64,000 bases of DNA, taken from assembly GCF_036321535.1 (NCBI RefSeq), contig NC_087436.1, positions 104,720,001-104,784,000 of the forward strand, written 5' to 3'. Of this stretch, positions 48,473 through 61,546 are shown piece after piece. The notes under the pieces are model-generated. The model had not been told where the DNA came from. It was given only the letters and a program-made list of their open reading frames with translations, and did no database searches. The position numbers were made by a program, and so were the translations under genes. Every line of letters starts with the position of its first letter. The first letter of the stretch is position 1. Origin of the DNA: Camelus dromedarius (Eukaryota).

Positions 48473-51400
48473 GGTGGAAAATGACAACAACAAATTATCT
48501 GACACTATAACCAAGTGGAAGATTGTGTGGAAATACATTGTACAGAGCTGTGATAGGATGTAGGAAACTTAGTCATAGGTTCAAAGAAAAGTCATCAAAT
48601 GATGCAATTATTAACTATAGAAAAATGAAAAGTTACACAAAAGTGAGTATATAATCTGGACACTGAATGTCTCTGCAGTGGGTAAGATTAATATAATACA
48701 ATGAGTGGATAAGCAGTCCCGAGATGGAGGAAATAGAGAATTCATTGCAGAGGAGGAAATTATTAAAGAAACAATACAAGAAAACTTGCCTAAATGGAAA
48801 GGCATGTTTCTTGATTGCAGGGACACACTGAGCATTAAAAACACCAAATATTGGCTTGACCAAAAATCGTGATAAAACTGTATTTGGAAAATGGAAAAAG
48901 GGACAGATTTTTAAAGAGTGAAATCCTCATGTATCATAATAGTAAGCCAAGAGAAAAACTTTAAAATGATTGAATTAAGGAATAGTGGTATAAAGCAGTT
49001 TGTGCCTGAAAAAAACCCTCAAAGAATGATTGACTTTCCAGAGGGAAGTAGGGATGGAGATGAATAGGGCATTACTGTTTTTTAAATTTTATTTTGTATT
49101 TTGTAGTTTTTACTGACTTTTTAAATTCTGATGTGACACTTTGATTAAAAAATAATTTAAAATATATTAAAAAATTAATTTTTTGCTGTACTGCAATGTA
49201 ATAGCCCAAGCCTTCAATGGAGGTTGAATGTGCTGCCATGGGAAGTTCAGGGGGAAGGAAGGACTGGTAGGGCAGAAAGGGGACAGCTGATGGAGAGGCT
49301 GAAGGTGTGAGATGAGCTCCAACCATGTAACCCAATAAGAGAGCCCTTCTCTGGGCCCAGCTGGGAAAGCCAGTTTTCAGGAGGTTGGCAAGGACCATGG
49401 GAGAGCAGTCAGAAGAGGAATTAATCGTGTAGGTGTCTCTCAAACTGCAACATGCAAACAAGTTACCTGGGGATCTTATTAAAACTCAGATTCCATTCAT
49501 TCTGCATTTCTAACAAGCTTTCAGGTGGTGCCTGGGCCAAAGACCACACTTCGAGGAGCAAGCTGTAGGCTGATGAGGTCTGAGTAGGGAGGAAGGACCT
49601 GGCCTGGGGCCTTGATGGGCTGGGAGAGGGAGGAACAGGTGTGGGGCAGCTGTGGCTGAGTTCATGGGATGAAGCCCTAGACTTGTGGGGCTTAGACCAG
49701 GCAAACTGGACATCAGGGAAGATGGGGGACACATCAAAGACAAACCCACCTCCCTTGTCTGGCCAGGCCTGACCAAGCGTTTTGTCCTAAGCTGCCCGGG
49801 CTACGGGCCAAGTGAGGAGATGCTGCCAGTACCCTGGACACCTGGCCTCACCCGCCCTTTACTGCCCGCACCAAGGAATGGCATCTACTCGATCTGCACT
49901 GGATCCCTGATCCAGAGGGTGGTGCGGTGGGCTCTCACCCTGGGGTTCCATAACTCGCAATTGTTTCTCCCACAACTCTCCAACCCCAACCCAGCCTTGG
50001 ATGCCTACATCTTCCCTATCCCATCAACCATGGCTCCTGTAGGTGGGAAACAGGATCCCTCCTGCCTTTCCCACAGAAACTGAGTCTGAATGGTGGTAAC
50101 ACTACAGACCTAAGGCTCTTTAGAATAATAGACCAACAAAAACAATGACCGTGACTCTTATTTAAAAGAGCGCTTCCTACGTGCAATCACTCGCCTTCGC
50201 ACTTTATGTGCGTTGACTCATTTATTTCTCCTAAGGATATTATTACTCCTATTTTATGGATGAGAAGACTGAGGCAAAGGGAAGTAACTTGCTCAAGGAT
50301 ACACCAAGAGTGGAGCTGGGGCTCAGACCAGGCATTCTGGTTCCAGCATAAATTCTTCTAAGGGGTTATGCTCTTGGCAAATAGTAAAATTGCACCACAT
50401 GTAACTTTTTATATCTTTGTGATCAGGGAGAGAAAAAGAAAGAAAGTAACAATTTAAATGTGTAGGCAACTGCCTGCCAGTCTCCTCAATTAGCCATGCC
50501 CCAGAGAGAGTGTGATATCTGCAAGGCATCAATCTGAGAGCCCTTGGTCCGTCTCATTTCCTTCTAGCTTCTCAAAGTCTAATGGTACAAACATCTTGGT
50601 GCAGTGAATTCCATTCTAGTTTAAAGACATGTAATTTTTTCACGCAGCACAAACTCTTAGATGCAAGCCAACGACTTCATTCCGTGTTCCACTAAAGAAA
50701 TAGCTATCTGTTCTCATGCTGGAAGAAAACCTGATGCGTGGGACTCACTGAGAGATGCCCTGGATGCAGCTCCACTGTAGTATTCTTCCTACTGTTGTTC
50801 TTTGTCATTACATTACATGACATGGGCTAGCCTGGGCACCCACTCATCCTTTAAAGAATCACCTGCAGTCCCTCGCCTCTCTGCCTTTCTCGGGCTGGTT
50901 TCTCTTCTTGGCTTGCCCTGAATACTTCTTTGACTGGCTAATATCTATTCATCTTTCAAAATCCAGCTCAGGCAGGCACCACCCTTACTGGAAGCCTTCC
51001 TTTATCCGCTCTGGTTGAACTGAACCTCCTGCTCTGTACCCCATTGCTCTGCATGATCAGGGTCCCCTAACTAGTCTGAAGCTTTCCCTGTTAAGGTCAA
51101 TTCCTTGAGGATTGGATGATGATTTTATCTCCATCATTGTTGAAGGCAAACCCCTGCCTGGTTCCTAATAGACGTTGTACAAGCGTAGATTGAATGGTTA
51201 TGGAGAGTGTTTGAGCGTGTGTTTCTACCTGGGATGACATTCCCTTCTCCAGTGTGTACATGCATGTGTGTGTGCCTCTCTCTGCAATCCAAATCGTATT
51301 CATCCTTCAGTCTTGAGTTAAAGCATCCGCTTCCAGGTCCTCCAGCTCCCCATGCCCACCACACACCGGACTTCCCCTTCTCTAAGACACATCGCTCAAG

Positions 51401-51901
51401 TTACTGTTTTCTCAACATTAGTCTTCCTGGCCAGGCTGTCCCCTCCATAGGGACCAAACCTCACCTGCTGCCCCTTTCAGTGTGGACCACAGCATCGGGC
51501 ACTAGTAGGCACCCAACCACTGTTTGCTTAATCAATGAACAAACAAATGAGTCAGTGGACAATTCTATTTTTGAGTCGCCCAAAGTCACGATTTTCATTT
51601 GTGGCCGTATCCTGGGATTACTACCCACGGCCAGGAAGAGAGAGACAAGAGGAGTGTCAAGGGCACCAAATTTAAGAAGGCGCTCACTTCAGATGCTAGC
51701 TGTGCACGTGCGGGAGCCTGAGAGTGGGGCCCCCTTGCCCTGTAGGTCCAGGCACCTTGCTGGCCTCGTCTAGCCCTGGCCCTTTCCCAGTCTGTCCTTA
51801 TATAACTCAGGCTTCTCTCAATGCAGGCAACAGAAATCTAACAGACATGTATCAAGCAAAATGCTGGGATTGATTGGCTTGTATAATAAAACCACAAAGG
51901 T

Positions 51902-51992
51902 GGAGAGAGGGTATAGCTCAGTGGTAGAGTGCGTGCTTAGTATGCATGAAGTCCTGGGTTTAATCCCCAGTGCCTCTATTAAAAAAAAAAAA
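51902..51992 (+). mobile_element. tRNA-Ala-derived SINE (vic-1 type)
   Basis: GGGTATAGCTCAGTGGTAGAGTGCGTGCTTAGTATGCATGAAGTCCTGGGTTTAATCCCCAG plus poly(A); flanks AAAACCACAA / AAAATCACAA. Confidence 0.9.
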
Positions 51993-52014
51993 TCACAAGT
52001 ATGCCTCAGCTTCT

Positions 52015-52533
52015 TACAATGGAATACTACTCAGCCCTAAAAAGAATAAAATAGTGTCATTTGCAGCAACATGGATGGACTTGGAGATCATCATTCTAAG
52101 TGAAGTAAGCCAGAAAGAGAAAGAAAAATTACCATAGGATATCACTTATATGTGGAATCTAAAAAAAAGAAAGAAAAAAGAGGACACTAATGAATTCATC
52201 TACAAAATAGAAACAGACTCACAGACATAGGAAACAGTCTTATGGTTACTGGGGGGAAAGGGGTGGGAAAAGATAAATTTGGGAGTTTGAGATTTGCAAA
52301 TGTTAACTACCATATATAAAAATAGATAAAAAAAAATTTCTTCTGTATAGCACAGGGAACAATATTCAATAACTTATAAGAACCTTTAATGAAAAGGAAT
52401 ATGAAAACGAATATATGTATATACATATATATATGCATGATTGGGACATTATGCTTTACATCAGAAATTGACACATTATAACTGACTATACGGCTATATA
52501 CATACATATATATGTGTATATATATCAATGAAG
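52015..52533 (+). mobile_element. L1 3' end
   Basis: TACAATGGAATACTACTCAGCC..GCAGCAACATGGATGGAC..L1 3' UTR; AAAAATCACAAG at 51988-51999 and 52534-52545 as probable TSD. Confidence 0.9.
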
Positions 52534-53477
52534 AAAAATCACAAGAAGGGCAGGGCTTCAGGGTTCCTGGAACTAGGAATTCCAACCTTATTGGAGCTCT
52601 GTTTCTCTTCTTCACTCCCCTCTGCTCCTGTGTGTCATTCTCTCAGACCAGCTTATTTTATACACATAGAATCTCCTATTGGTTCTGTTTCTCTGGAGAA
52701 CTCTGACTAAAATAATCCTGATAAAAGTTTCTGGTGAGAATGAATTCATCTGACCTCCTCCACCGCCCCCCCCTCCCCGAGGCACTTTCTTCTTTATCTC
52801 CCAGGTCATGGTGTTAAGATAGTCCAGAGGGCAAAGGGGGCCCTGAATGCCAAGAAAGCATGCAGTGGTTGGCAGCTCCCAGAACACCTGCTCCAAATAA
52901 TGCAGGGGAGCCACTGGGCTGGGAGGGAAATTGTGACTGAGACAAAGGGGAACAGCTGGCACTCTTTCAAAGGTACAGCCCAAAAGGGAGGAGCAGGACA
53001 GTGTGGTCTTTCATAGCAACCCGGCCAGAACCTCCCACAGTGCTCCTGCTCTTCAGAGACCACAAGGGTTCGAGGAGGAGACAGACCCTACACACAGCCC
53101 CTCCTCTCTGTGCATCACCACCCACCGGGCATATTTCCAGACTGTCCTAGGGAAATAAAGTCCCTCTCCCTGCAGTCAGAATCTGGCTCCTGCTGGACCG
53201 CCTGGGGACCCTAGGTCTGGTGATTCAGCTTCCTGAAAACTGCTCATTCTTCTGTAAAAAAATGGATCAGAGTGTCTACCTCATAGCTATGTAGTGAGGT
53301 TTCTCAAAGATAAGGCATGTAAAGCACCTAACGCAGGGCTTCGCATGCGCAGGAGGCACCTGTCAGTGGGCATCAGCAGCTGTGGGGTGCGCTACCACGA
53401 TTGTTGCTATAGACTGAGGGCTGGTCTGTGCAGGGGAGAGGCAGACAGACTGATGGTCCTTTCCGCCCCCAAAGGGC

Positions 53478-53820
53478 ATTGGTTCTCAAACTTCAGTGTG
53501 TGTGAGAGTCACTTGGAGGACTTGTTAAAACAGCTTGCCAACCTCCACCCCCAGAGTTTCTGAGCCTGTAGGGCAGGGCACGGCCTGGGGATCTGCATTC
53601 TCCGTAAGCTCCCGGGGGGGCTGCTGCTGGCCTGGGGGGCCACACTCAGAAAACCAGTGGTTTTCCATTGGCTTTGCTCAGACCCGGCTGAACGTGAAAA
53701 TCAATGGGGAGCTTTATCACAACCCCCGCCCCGAGATTCTGATTGATTTGGGGTTTGGCCTACGCATGAGCACCTTTTTAATGCTTCCCACCTTTTCCGT
53801 GGGAGCTGCAGTGGGGAACC
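53478..53820. mobile_element. Two adjacent MER5-like MITEs
   Basis: TGGTTCTCAAACTT..GAGTCACTTGGAGG.CTTGTTAAAACA..GGGCCACACT..GAAAACCA, followed by a second degenerate copy; another copy at ~49430-49560. Confidence 0.65.
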
Positions 53821-55059
53821 CCGGCCCCGATGGCTGGTTGAGGGTGGTGGCAGGACGCACGATGTCTCAGTTAGGAGACTGGGGGCCCCAACAGCTTAGC
53901 CACGCAGCTTCCCGGGGAGGACCTGGTCCAGCTCCCACACTCAGTTGAGAATTTTCCTCTCCTGGTGCCTTTTCTAAGTCTCACCTTGCTTTCTCCACAC
54001 TGGCATCTCCTGCTGTGCATGTCAGGGTCCTGTGAGGTGTCCCCCCAAGGCACGGGGCCTGAGATCCAGACCCCAGACTGAGGCACTAGGCCCTCTGTTG
54101 ACTGGCCTCTGTCTCTGGGCCTGAATCTCTCGCATTGGGCTTCCAGGTCCAGGAGCCCCACCACTGACCACTGGGTCCTCCTGGACTCCAGGTTCTGACA
54201 AGTCGTGGGCCCAGCCGTCCTCCCACTGGGCCCAGGGTGGGCGCTCGCCCCTCGGACTTGCCCCATGGCCTGTTTCTTTTGGACCCAGTTCATGCATCTG
54301 GACTTTTGCTTCTTTTGTGAATCCTGTGATGTTCTAGGCATTAATTTAAAACAGCAGCAAGACATTGAGAGGTAAAGCCTTACATTTAAATTTCAGAAAG
54401 GGACCCTCCCTACCCTTTGATGTTCACGGCACAAACAGATCTTCAAAGAGTATAATATTTACCTCAGCACCTCAGCTCCTTGAAAGAAAAAAGTGCTTCA
54501 TTACTGAAACACATCATTTCTAATTAGAGCCTTTGTGGGGCTGAGGACGCTGGGGAAGGGCCCCTCCCACCCCCTGCCTCAGCCGCACCCCCACCCCCAC
54601 CCAGTTCCCTCAGAGCCTGGTTTCCCGCCCCACATTGTACCTTCAGTCCAGTTTCTCCTTCCTGAGACCCACGCACTCAGAGGACACAGCTAAGACCTTA
54701 GAAGACAGTCAGTTGCCAGCTGTCTTTCGGGATGGAGGTGGGCAGGGTGATATTTTTCTTCTAAATTATTTCCAACATATTTCCAAGTCTCGGCAGGGAC
54801 TTCTCCACTGCCCAGGGCATCTCCAGGCCTGGGTCGCCTTCCTCTGCATCAGTCAGGATGTGACAGGTTATGCTGCTGCGGCTGCATCCCCAGATCTCAG
54901 AGGCTCATCCTCAGAAAGGGTTTCTTCTCACTCAGGTTAAATCTGACGCAGGCTGGGCGTTCCTCTTGCATCTTGAAACTGCACTGTCTCCAGTTCTCTG
55001 GTGATTGAGGTTGGCATAAGTAACTGAACAAATAAACTATTGATACAAGCCCTCTCTCC

Positions 55060-55365
55060 TAAGACAACAAACTAGTGAATATAACGAAAAAGAAGCAGAC
55101 TCACAGAAAGAACGAACTAGTGATTTCTGGGGGTGGGGGGCAGCAACATAGGGGTGGGAGAGAGGGAGAGACAAACCTTTGGGTGTGAGACAGGCTACCA
55201 GGATGTATTGTACAACACGGGGAATACAGCCAGTATTTTGTGATAACTATAGATAGAAAGTAACCTTTAAAAATTGTATAAAAATTTTTAAATGCAAAAA
55301 AAGAGAAAATCTCCTATTTAAGAAAAAAAAAACTGTGAATTTATTCAAAAAGCAAATTAAAAAAA
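55060..55365 (+). mobile_element. L1 3' end (artiodactyl-type older subfamily)
   Basis: ACAACAAACTAGTGAATATAAC.AAAAAGAAGCAGACTCACAGA..GGATGTATTGTACAACACGGGGAATA.AGCCA.TATTTTG plus A-rich tail. Confidence 0.8.
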
Positions 55366-56649
55366 AGACTTCTTTCTTGAGATACATGTGGCCTCTACAG
55401 CCTCATTGTGTGAGAGGAAGAGATGGTGGCGGTGGCACACTGGCCCCTAACTGCTTGGGCCAGCGTGTGACAGCCATCTCCTCTGCTCCCAGTCCTTCGG
55501 CCCGAAGTAGTCATGCGGCCCCAAGCTGCCTGCAGGAAGCACGTGGAATCCGGGTGAACACCAAGTGCTACGTCTCTTCTTCCCAGTGTGTGTGACTCAG
55601 GGAACATACACTGCTTTCATGATGTCCTGGAGTCCCCAGTCAGACCAGTCTCTGGGAGGCAGGTGAGCTGTTAATTCTGCATTTACCCTTCTAGTTCCAG
55701 CCTCTGTCCTAGGACCTGGAATCTGCTGGACTCCTCTGTCTTTTGACACTGAGTTGAGTTCAGCCAGGGGACAGTGAGCACTGGGAAATCACCCGCAGGA
55801 GTGGCGAGCTACCAGCAGGAATCGGGAAGCGGGAGGAGGGAGGAGGGAAGGCCTTTTCTCCCGCTCCCTCCCTGCCAGCTTGCCAGGCGGCCCTGGCCCC
55901 TCGGTCCCGCCAGTGCGCATCACCTTTCCCTGATTTCACTTCCTCCCCCTGCCCCGCCTGGAATCCTGCTCTTGTTGGTCCCTGGGTGCTTCATCATCCT
56001 TTATTGGCTCCCTTAACTCTGCCCAAGCCTCTGAAAATAGCATCTTCGTCTTCATTAACCTCTTTTCAACTTCCATTTGAATTAACCATCTCCCTACTTG
56101 GAAAGGATCATCTGTGCAGACTATCCCCCAGCCCTACCCCAGTGATAACATCCACTAACACGTCGGGGACACTGGCCAGCTGTCAGGCACTGTTCTAAGC
56201 TCTTTTCCTGGACTGATCCATATAATCCTCATGATCACTTTGTGAGATAGATTGTTTCATTTTCCTCAATTTTCAGATAAAGAAACCAAGAAACAGAGAG
56301 GATAAGTAACTTGCCTAAGATCACACAGCCCTGAATGGCAGCACTTGAATGTGAGCCTAGACAGTCCTTGCTCTTAACATCTACCGTGCTGTGCCACACT
56401 TCAGCCACAGGTTAAACTGCAGGCCCTGGTATGTGCTGGAACAGTGAAGCCCAGCCACGCAGGCCTGTGGGCTTGCCAAGTCTTCCCTCAGCCTTTGTCT
56501 CCTGGTTTCGTTGATTAATCTGGCTCCCAGACCCTTACATGTCTAGGATTTAGGGAGGCGGCAGTTGTATGATCCTTGGGACTCTATCCAGTGTGAGGCC
56601 TCTGCTATCTTATGGTTAAATAATGCATTTTTTTTAAGCTCCTCAGTTC

Positions 56650-57095
56650 AGCAGGGTTGAACTGTGTTCCCTCAAAAGATATGCTGACACCCTACCTCCC
56701 AGTACCTGAGAATGTGCCCTTATTTGGAACTAGGGTGGCTACAGATGTAATTACTTACGATGAGGTCATACTGGAATAGGGAGGGCCCTTAGCCCAGTAT
56801 GATTGGTGTCTTTATAAGAAGGGGGAAATTTGGACACAGACATGCATGGGGAGAATGCCATGTAAAGATGGAGGAAGACGTTGGAGTGCTGTATCTACAA
56901 GCCGAGGAATGCCAAGGATTGTCCACAGTTACCAGAAGCCAGGTGAGATGCTTGGGGTGGATTCTCCAGAGGGAACGAACCTTGCCAACACCTTGATTTT
57001 TGTCGCCTAATTTCCAGAACAATGAGACAACAGATCTTTGTTGTTTTAAGCCACCCAGTTTGTGGTACCTTGCTATGGCAGCCCCAGTAAAGGAA
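56650..57095 (+). mobile_element. MLT1C/D-like MaLR LTR
   Basis: GGGTTGAA.TGTGT.CCC.CAAAAGATATG..CTTATTTGGAA.TAGGG..TTTTAAGCCACCCAGTTTGTGGTAC. Confidence 0.9.
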
Positions 57096-57737
57096 TTCAT
57101 CGCCATGGTTACCACCTCCATCCTCATCCCTCACCACTGCCCTCTCTGACAGCAGTGCTCCAGCCCCACAGCCTCCTTGCTGTGGTCAGGGAAGTCCAGA
57201 CAAACTCCTGCTTTAGGATCTTTGCACTCACTCTGCTCTCTTTCTGGCATGATTTCTCTCGGATGTTCACGTGATGCCTTTCTTCATAATACATTCTTAG
57301 GAGGTGGAAAGTTTTAAGGAACACTACCCACACTTTAGGCACTCAAACCCTCTTAGAAATTACCAGAATTTGCCAATACTATAAAAAACAAATCTTAAAA
57401 TCGCAAGAACTATTCAGCGGAAGGCAGCAAACCTACTGCAAAGACATCGCTGAGGAGCGGACAGTCTAGAGCTACATTGAATCGATTTTCTCATCTTGGC
57501 TCTTCTAGACCATCTATTCTACTGCTCCACATCATAAGCTGACTGTCTAAATGGAAACTTTACAATGTGTTTGTCTGCCCCAAAATTCTTTGGCCTCCAA
57601 AATATATAGAGAACCAATAATGAATGCCACCGTACATTTGGAAAACAAAAACCCTCAAGAAAAGGACAGACTTTGTAAAGGACCACAGCAAGAGAGCAGA
57701 ACTGAAGATAAGGCAGCCAGTCAAGTAAAAGGAACTG

Positions 57738-58430
57738 ACATAGGGGAAATGCAGATTAAAACCACCTCACACCCATGACATGGCTATTATCAAAAGTAGC
57801 AAATGATAAAAGTCGACGAGGATGTGAAGAAATTGGAACCCTTGTGCACTGTCGGGAAGAATCTAAGGTGGTACAGTTGGTATGAAAAACAGTATGGCGG
57901 TTCCTCGAAACATTAAGCATAGAATTACCATATAATCTAGCAGTTCTACTTCTGGGTATATACCAAAAAGAATTCAAAGAGGGTCTTAAAGAGACCTATG
58001 TTCATAGTAGCATTATTCACAATGGCTAAAAGCACCCCAGATATCCAGCAGATGAATGGATAAATAAAATGTGGTAAAGACACACAGTGGGATCTTATTC
58101 AGCTTTAAAAAGGAAGAAAATTCTGACATAAGTTGCAACGTGGATGAATCTTGAAGATGTCATGCTAAGTGAGTAAGATGGTTGCAAGCAGGCAAATCTT
58201 CTATGATCCCACTCATATGAGCTACCTGGAGAAGTCAAATTCATAGAGACAGAAAGTAGCGTGGTGGTCTACATGGGGCTCGGGGAAGGAGAGAATGGGC
58301 AGTTACTGTTTAATGTACACAGTTTGAGTTTTGCAAGATGAAAAGAGTTCTGGAGTTTGGTTACACAACAATGTGGGTGTGCTAACTGATGAATTCTACA
58401 CTTAAGTGTGGTTAAGGTAGTAGATTTTCC
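57738..58430 (+). mobile_element. L1MB-type ORF2 end and 3' UTR
   Basis: GGAAATGCAGATTAAAACCAC..AAATTGGAACCCT..AACAGTATGGCGGTTCCTC..ATAGAGACAGAAAGTAG..GCAAGATGAAAAGAGTTCTGGAG. Confidence 0.9.
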
Positions 58431-58619
58431 GTTACGGCTGCCATGTAGAACTGTGTCCCTAGGCCATTCCCTCAGCACGTTCTGTGGGAGGTGTTTCTTA
58501 AAGAAGAGAGGCATGAAAGATGTGGGCCTCTCCCCAAACTTAAAATTCTTCATAGGTTAAGAGGTGCTCTAGACTAGAAATCCCCTGCTTAAAATAGAGG
58601 AATAAATGCAATGCTCTTT

Positions 58620-59950
58620 TTTTTTTTTTTGGTTGTTTTTCATTCAAATTGCACTTTTGAATAGGTAATACATGCCTGTTGTCCAAAACTCAAAAAGTAC
58701 AAAAGGGTACATGGTAAATTTCCCTTCTACCCTGTCCCAGCCACCAGTTTCTCATCTTTGAAGCAATAACCAGTGACTTCTTTTACTTCTCCCAGAGGAA
58801 GGTAGATTTACCCTCTCACCCCATCCCCCGTTTTTTTAAACTCAAATGGCTGCACCCTAAGCCCACTATTCTGTTTCTTGTTCTATCACTAAAAATATAT
58901 CCTGGTGATTATTACATCCTGTATATGGAGATGTTCCTCCTTCTCCTCCTCCCCTTGTAGAGAAATATATTTCATTAACTGACATTGAAAGGACCCCACA
59001 GAACCTGTGGTCTACACCCACCTTTAGAACAACCAGCATTTGAAAGTAACCACCACTTCCTCCTCCCAGTGTTTTTTTTTTCTCTCATTTTAAACACAAA
59101 TAAGGAGACTAGTATAATGAAGCCCACATACCCATCATTCAGATAAAATAATTATTCTGTGACATTTACTTTATCTCCATCCAGTTAAGAGTTCTCTTTG
59201 TGTTTTGTCCTTGGCTGATGTATTCCTAAGCAAACCCTGGCATCAGGTCATTTCACCCCTACGTTCTTCAACATGTAGCTCAAAACATGTCAACTTGGTT
59301 TCGCATAATCACAAAGTTAAGACTGCGCCTAACAAAATTAACAATAATTCTCTGATACTGTCTTATGCCCAGTCCATAAGCAATTTCACCAGCTGTCATG
59401 AAGGTATCCATTCTGTAGTCAGTTTGTTCAAAAAGATTTATACTTTTTGTTGGTTATGTCTCTTCATTCCTTTTTCATCTTTCCCCCCACCCCATTCTCT
59501 TTTAATCTTGAATACTCCTGCCACCATCTTTTTTTCACACCACTAACCTGTAGAAACTGGGTCAGTTGTCCTGAAAGACACTACACTTCCTTGTAATGTC
59601 AGGTAAGTCATTTTACTTGTTCTTTTATTCCTCCATAATTCCTATGAATGGAAATTAGCTCTGGGGGCATAATTGGCACTTGTGGCAGGAATCCCCCCCG
59701 GTGGTACTACGTGCTACGTATCACATCACATTGGGAAACAGACAATGTCCTGCTTTCAGTGATGCGAAGATGGATCATTGGTTCAGGCAGTGACAGCCTG
59801 ATCCTTCTGTGGTCGAGTTTCCCATCAATCTTTCATCCAATGAGTTCATGCATTGATGATCACTGTCTGAATCAATGTTTTCCTGAGGAGTCACAGAATG
59901 ATGGTTTTCTAAGTCTCTCATTCCTTCCACGTTTATCAGGCAGAATTTGG
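58620..59950 (-). mobile_element. Ancient L1MC/ME 3' fragments
   Basis: T-rich start, CAAAAAGTACAAAAGGGTA, CCTAACAAAATTAACAATAATTC and GAAACTGGGTCAGTTGTCCTG motifs. Confidence 0.6.
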
Positions 59951-61407
59951 CCTGTTTTTAAAGAGCTGGAGAACCTAACTTATCCACAAGTCTTGTTCTG
60001 AATTACTTAAGGCTATTTAAACTCAAATTCACCCCTAAAAGACCTCATTTCTCTACCACTGAGGAAATTCCGAAGACTGTGACTTCGACTCAGAAAGCAA
60101 GAATGAAAAAAGAACTGTAAAAATTATTTCCCCAGGGGTGGCATCGTTGGGATAAGCACATGGCAGTTCAAGGTGCCTGATCACCTGAGCATATAACTTC
60201 TAATAGTTCTGCTTAAAATAGAAATTGATCACATTACTTTTATTACCACAGCTTTGTGCACACGTGCACACACACGTGCAGAGAAATATTGCAAACAGAT
60301 AGAGAATTAAATTCTAACTCAGGATTTACTGTAGGTCGTATTCTTTCAAAAACCTGTGTTTCTGGTTTCTGCCCCTGGATACCCACCATCCCACCATGAG
60401 AGAGACCAGGTTGGGATGATGACATGACATTGTGCCAAGAGTTCTGGGAAGATCTTGGTCCGAAAAAGACACACTCTGAAGCAGCTTGTTTTCTTCAAAA
60501 AAGAATCTAAACATAGGGCTTTGAGGAAATCCATATTTTAGCAATCCTCTTGCTCATAACTTTCCCTGGGTTTTGTCAGAGAAGGGCCTCTGGCCTTCCC
60601 TCCTTCCAGCCGGCACCTGGGTGAGAGTAATTACCCAAGCATCACCTTTGGCTGCAAGGAGACAGGTTTCAGAACGCCCCTGCTGTGGTTGCCCTCACTC
60701 CCATTTGTCTACTTGACACCTCTTTGTGCATCTCTGAGCTGCTTGCTTGGGATTAGCCCGACTGAAGGGAAGGTGTCATTTTATTTTTTACTCGGGTTAA
60801 AAAAAAAAATCAATCTCAGAAGCAAATCAATTCCAAATCCAATAAAATCAGAGATTGTGAGAGTTGAAAAGGGATGTGTGGGAACATCGAGGCCATCAGA
60901 CTCAGAATATTTGAGCTAAAAGCCCTCTTAGAGAGTTTATAATAGATTCTCTATTTACAGATGTGGAAACTGAGGCTCAGAAAGGTGGAGTGACTCACCC
61001 TGGGTCCCATGGCAAAGGTACGACTGGAAACAAGGTCTTCGCACTAGATTGTGCGCTCCCCCGTCCCACATTTTACTTACTGGGAGAAAGAGGTCTGAAG
61101 GGGGTCGCATCACTTGCCCAAGTTCGAAGACTTAGGTACTAAGAGCCTACTACGTGCCAGGTACTGTGCCAGGCATGTAATTACCGACAGTGCTTCCGGG
61201 TGGAGCGAATATGTTTTTAGTGCTATTCTTCAGGGGGCATGCAGCTGTTTCCCACAGAGAAGCTCATTTGATCTTGTAAATATTCAGCATTTTGTCATTG
61301 CAGCTAATTTATCTCCTAATGGGTAAAATTCATTCACTGTGCTTTTTTAAGGAACATTTTGGCTCTATCAAAACATTCTCCAGATGAACCACCAATCCCA
61401 GATTCTA

Positions 61408-61546
61408 GGGGGAGGGTATGGCTCAGTGGTAGAGTGCGTGCTTAGCATGCATGAGGTCTTGGGTTCAATCCCCAGTACCTCCATTTAAAAAAATTAATTA
61501 AATAAATAAACCTATATTACCTCTGCTCTCAGAAAAAAAAAAAAAA
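61408..61546 (+). mobile_element. tRNA-Ala(AGC)-derived SINE (vic-1 type), near-intact head
   Basis: 61408-61483 closely resembles tRNA-Ala-AGC (..GCTCAGTGGTAGAG..CTTAGCATG..GGGTTCAATCCCCAGTACCTCCA) but has extra 5' bases, an AT-rich extension, poly(A) and a degenerate TSD ending GATTCT. Confidence 0.9.

Larger units (their letters stand above)
47240..49170 (+). mobile_element. Ancient L1M (ORF1/ORF2 5' region) remnants
   Basis: A-rich degenerate L1 motifs: ATACAAGAAA.TTTCCC..AACTGAAG, TTTCAACCTAGAATTCTATACCCAGCCAAA, ATAAAGACATTTTCAGACAT. Confidence 0.7.

Noticed and set aside
46692..61483. Three tRNA-Ala-like sequences as functional tRNA genes
   Set aside because: A-rich tails, TSDs, altered 5' ends and substitutions indicate SINE copies.
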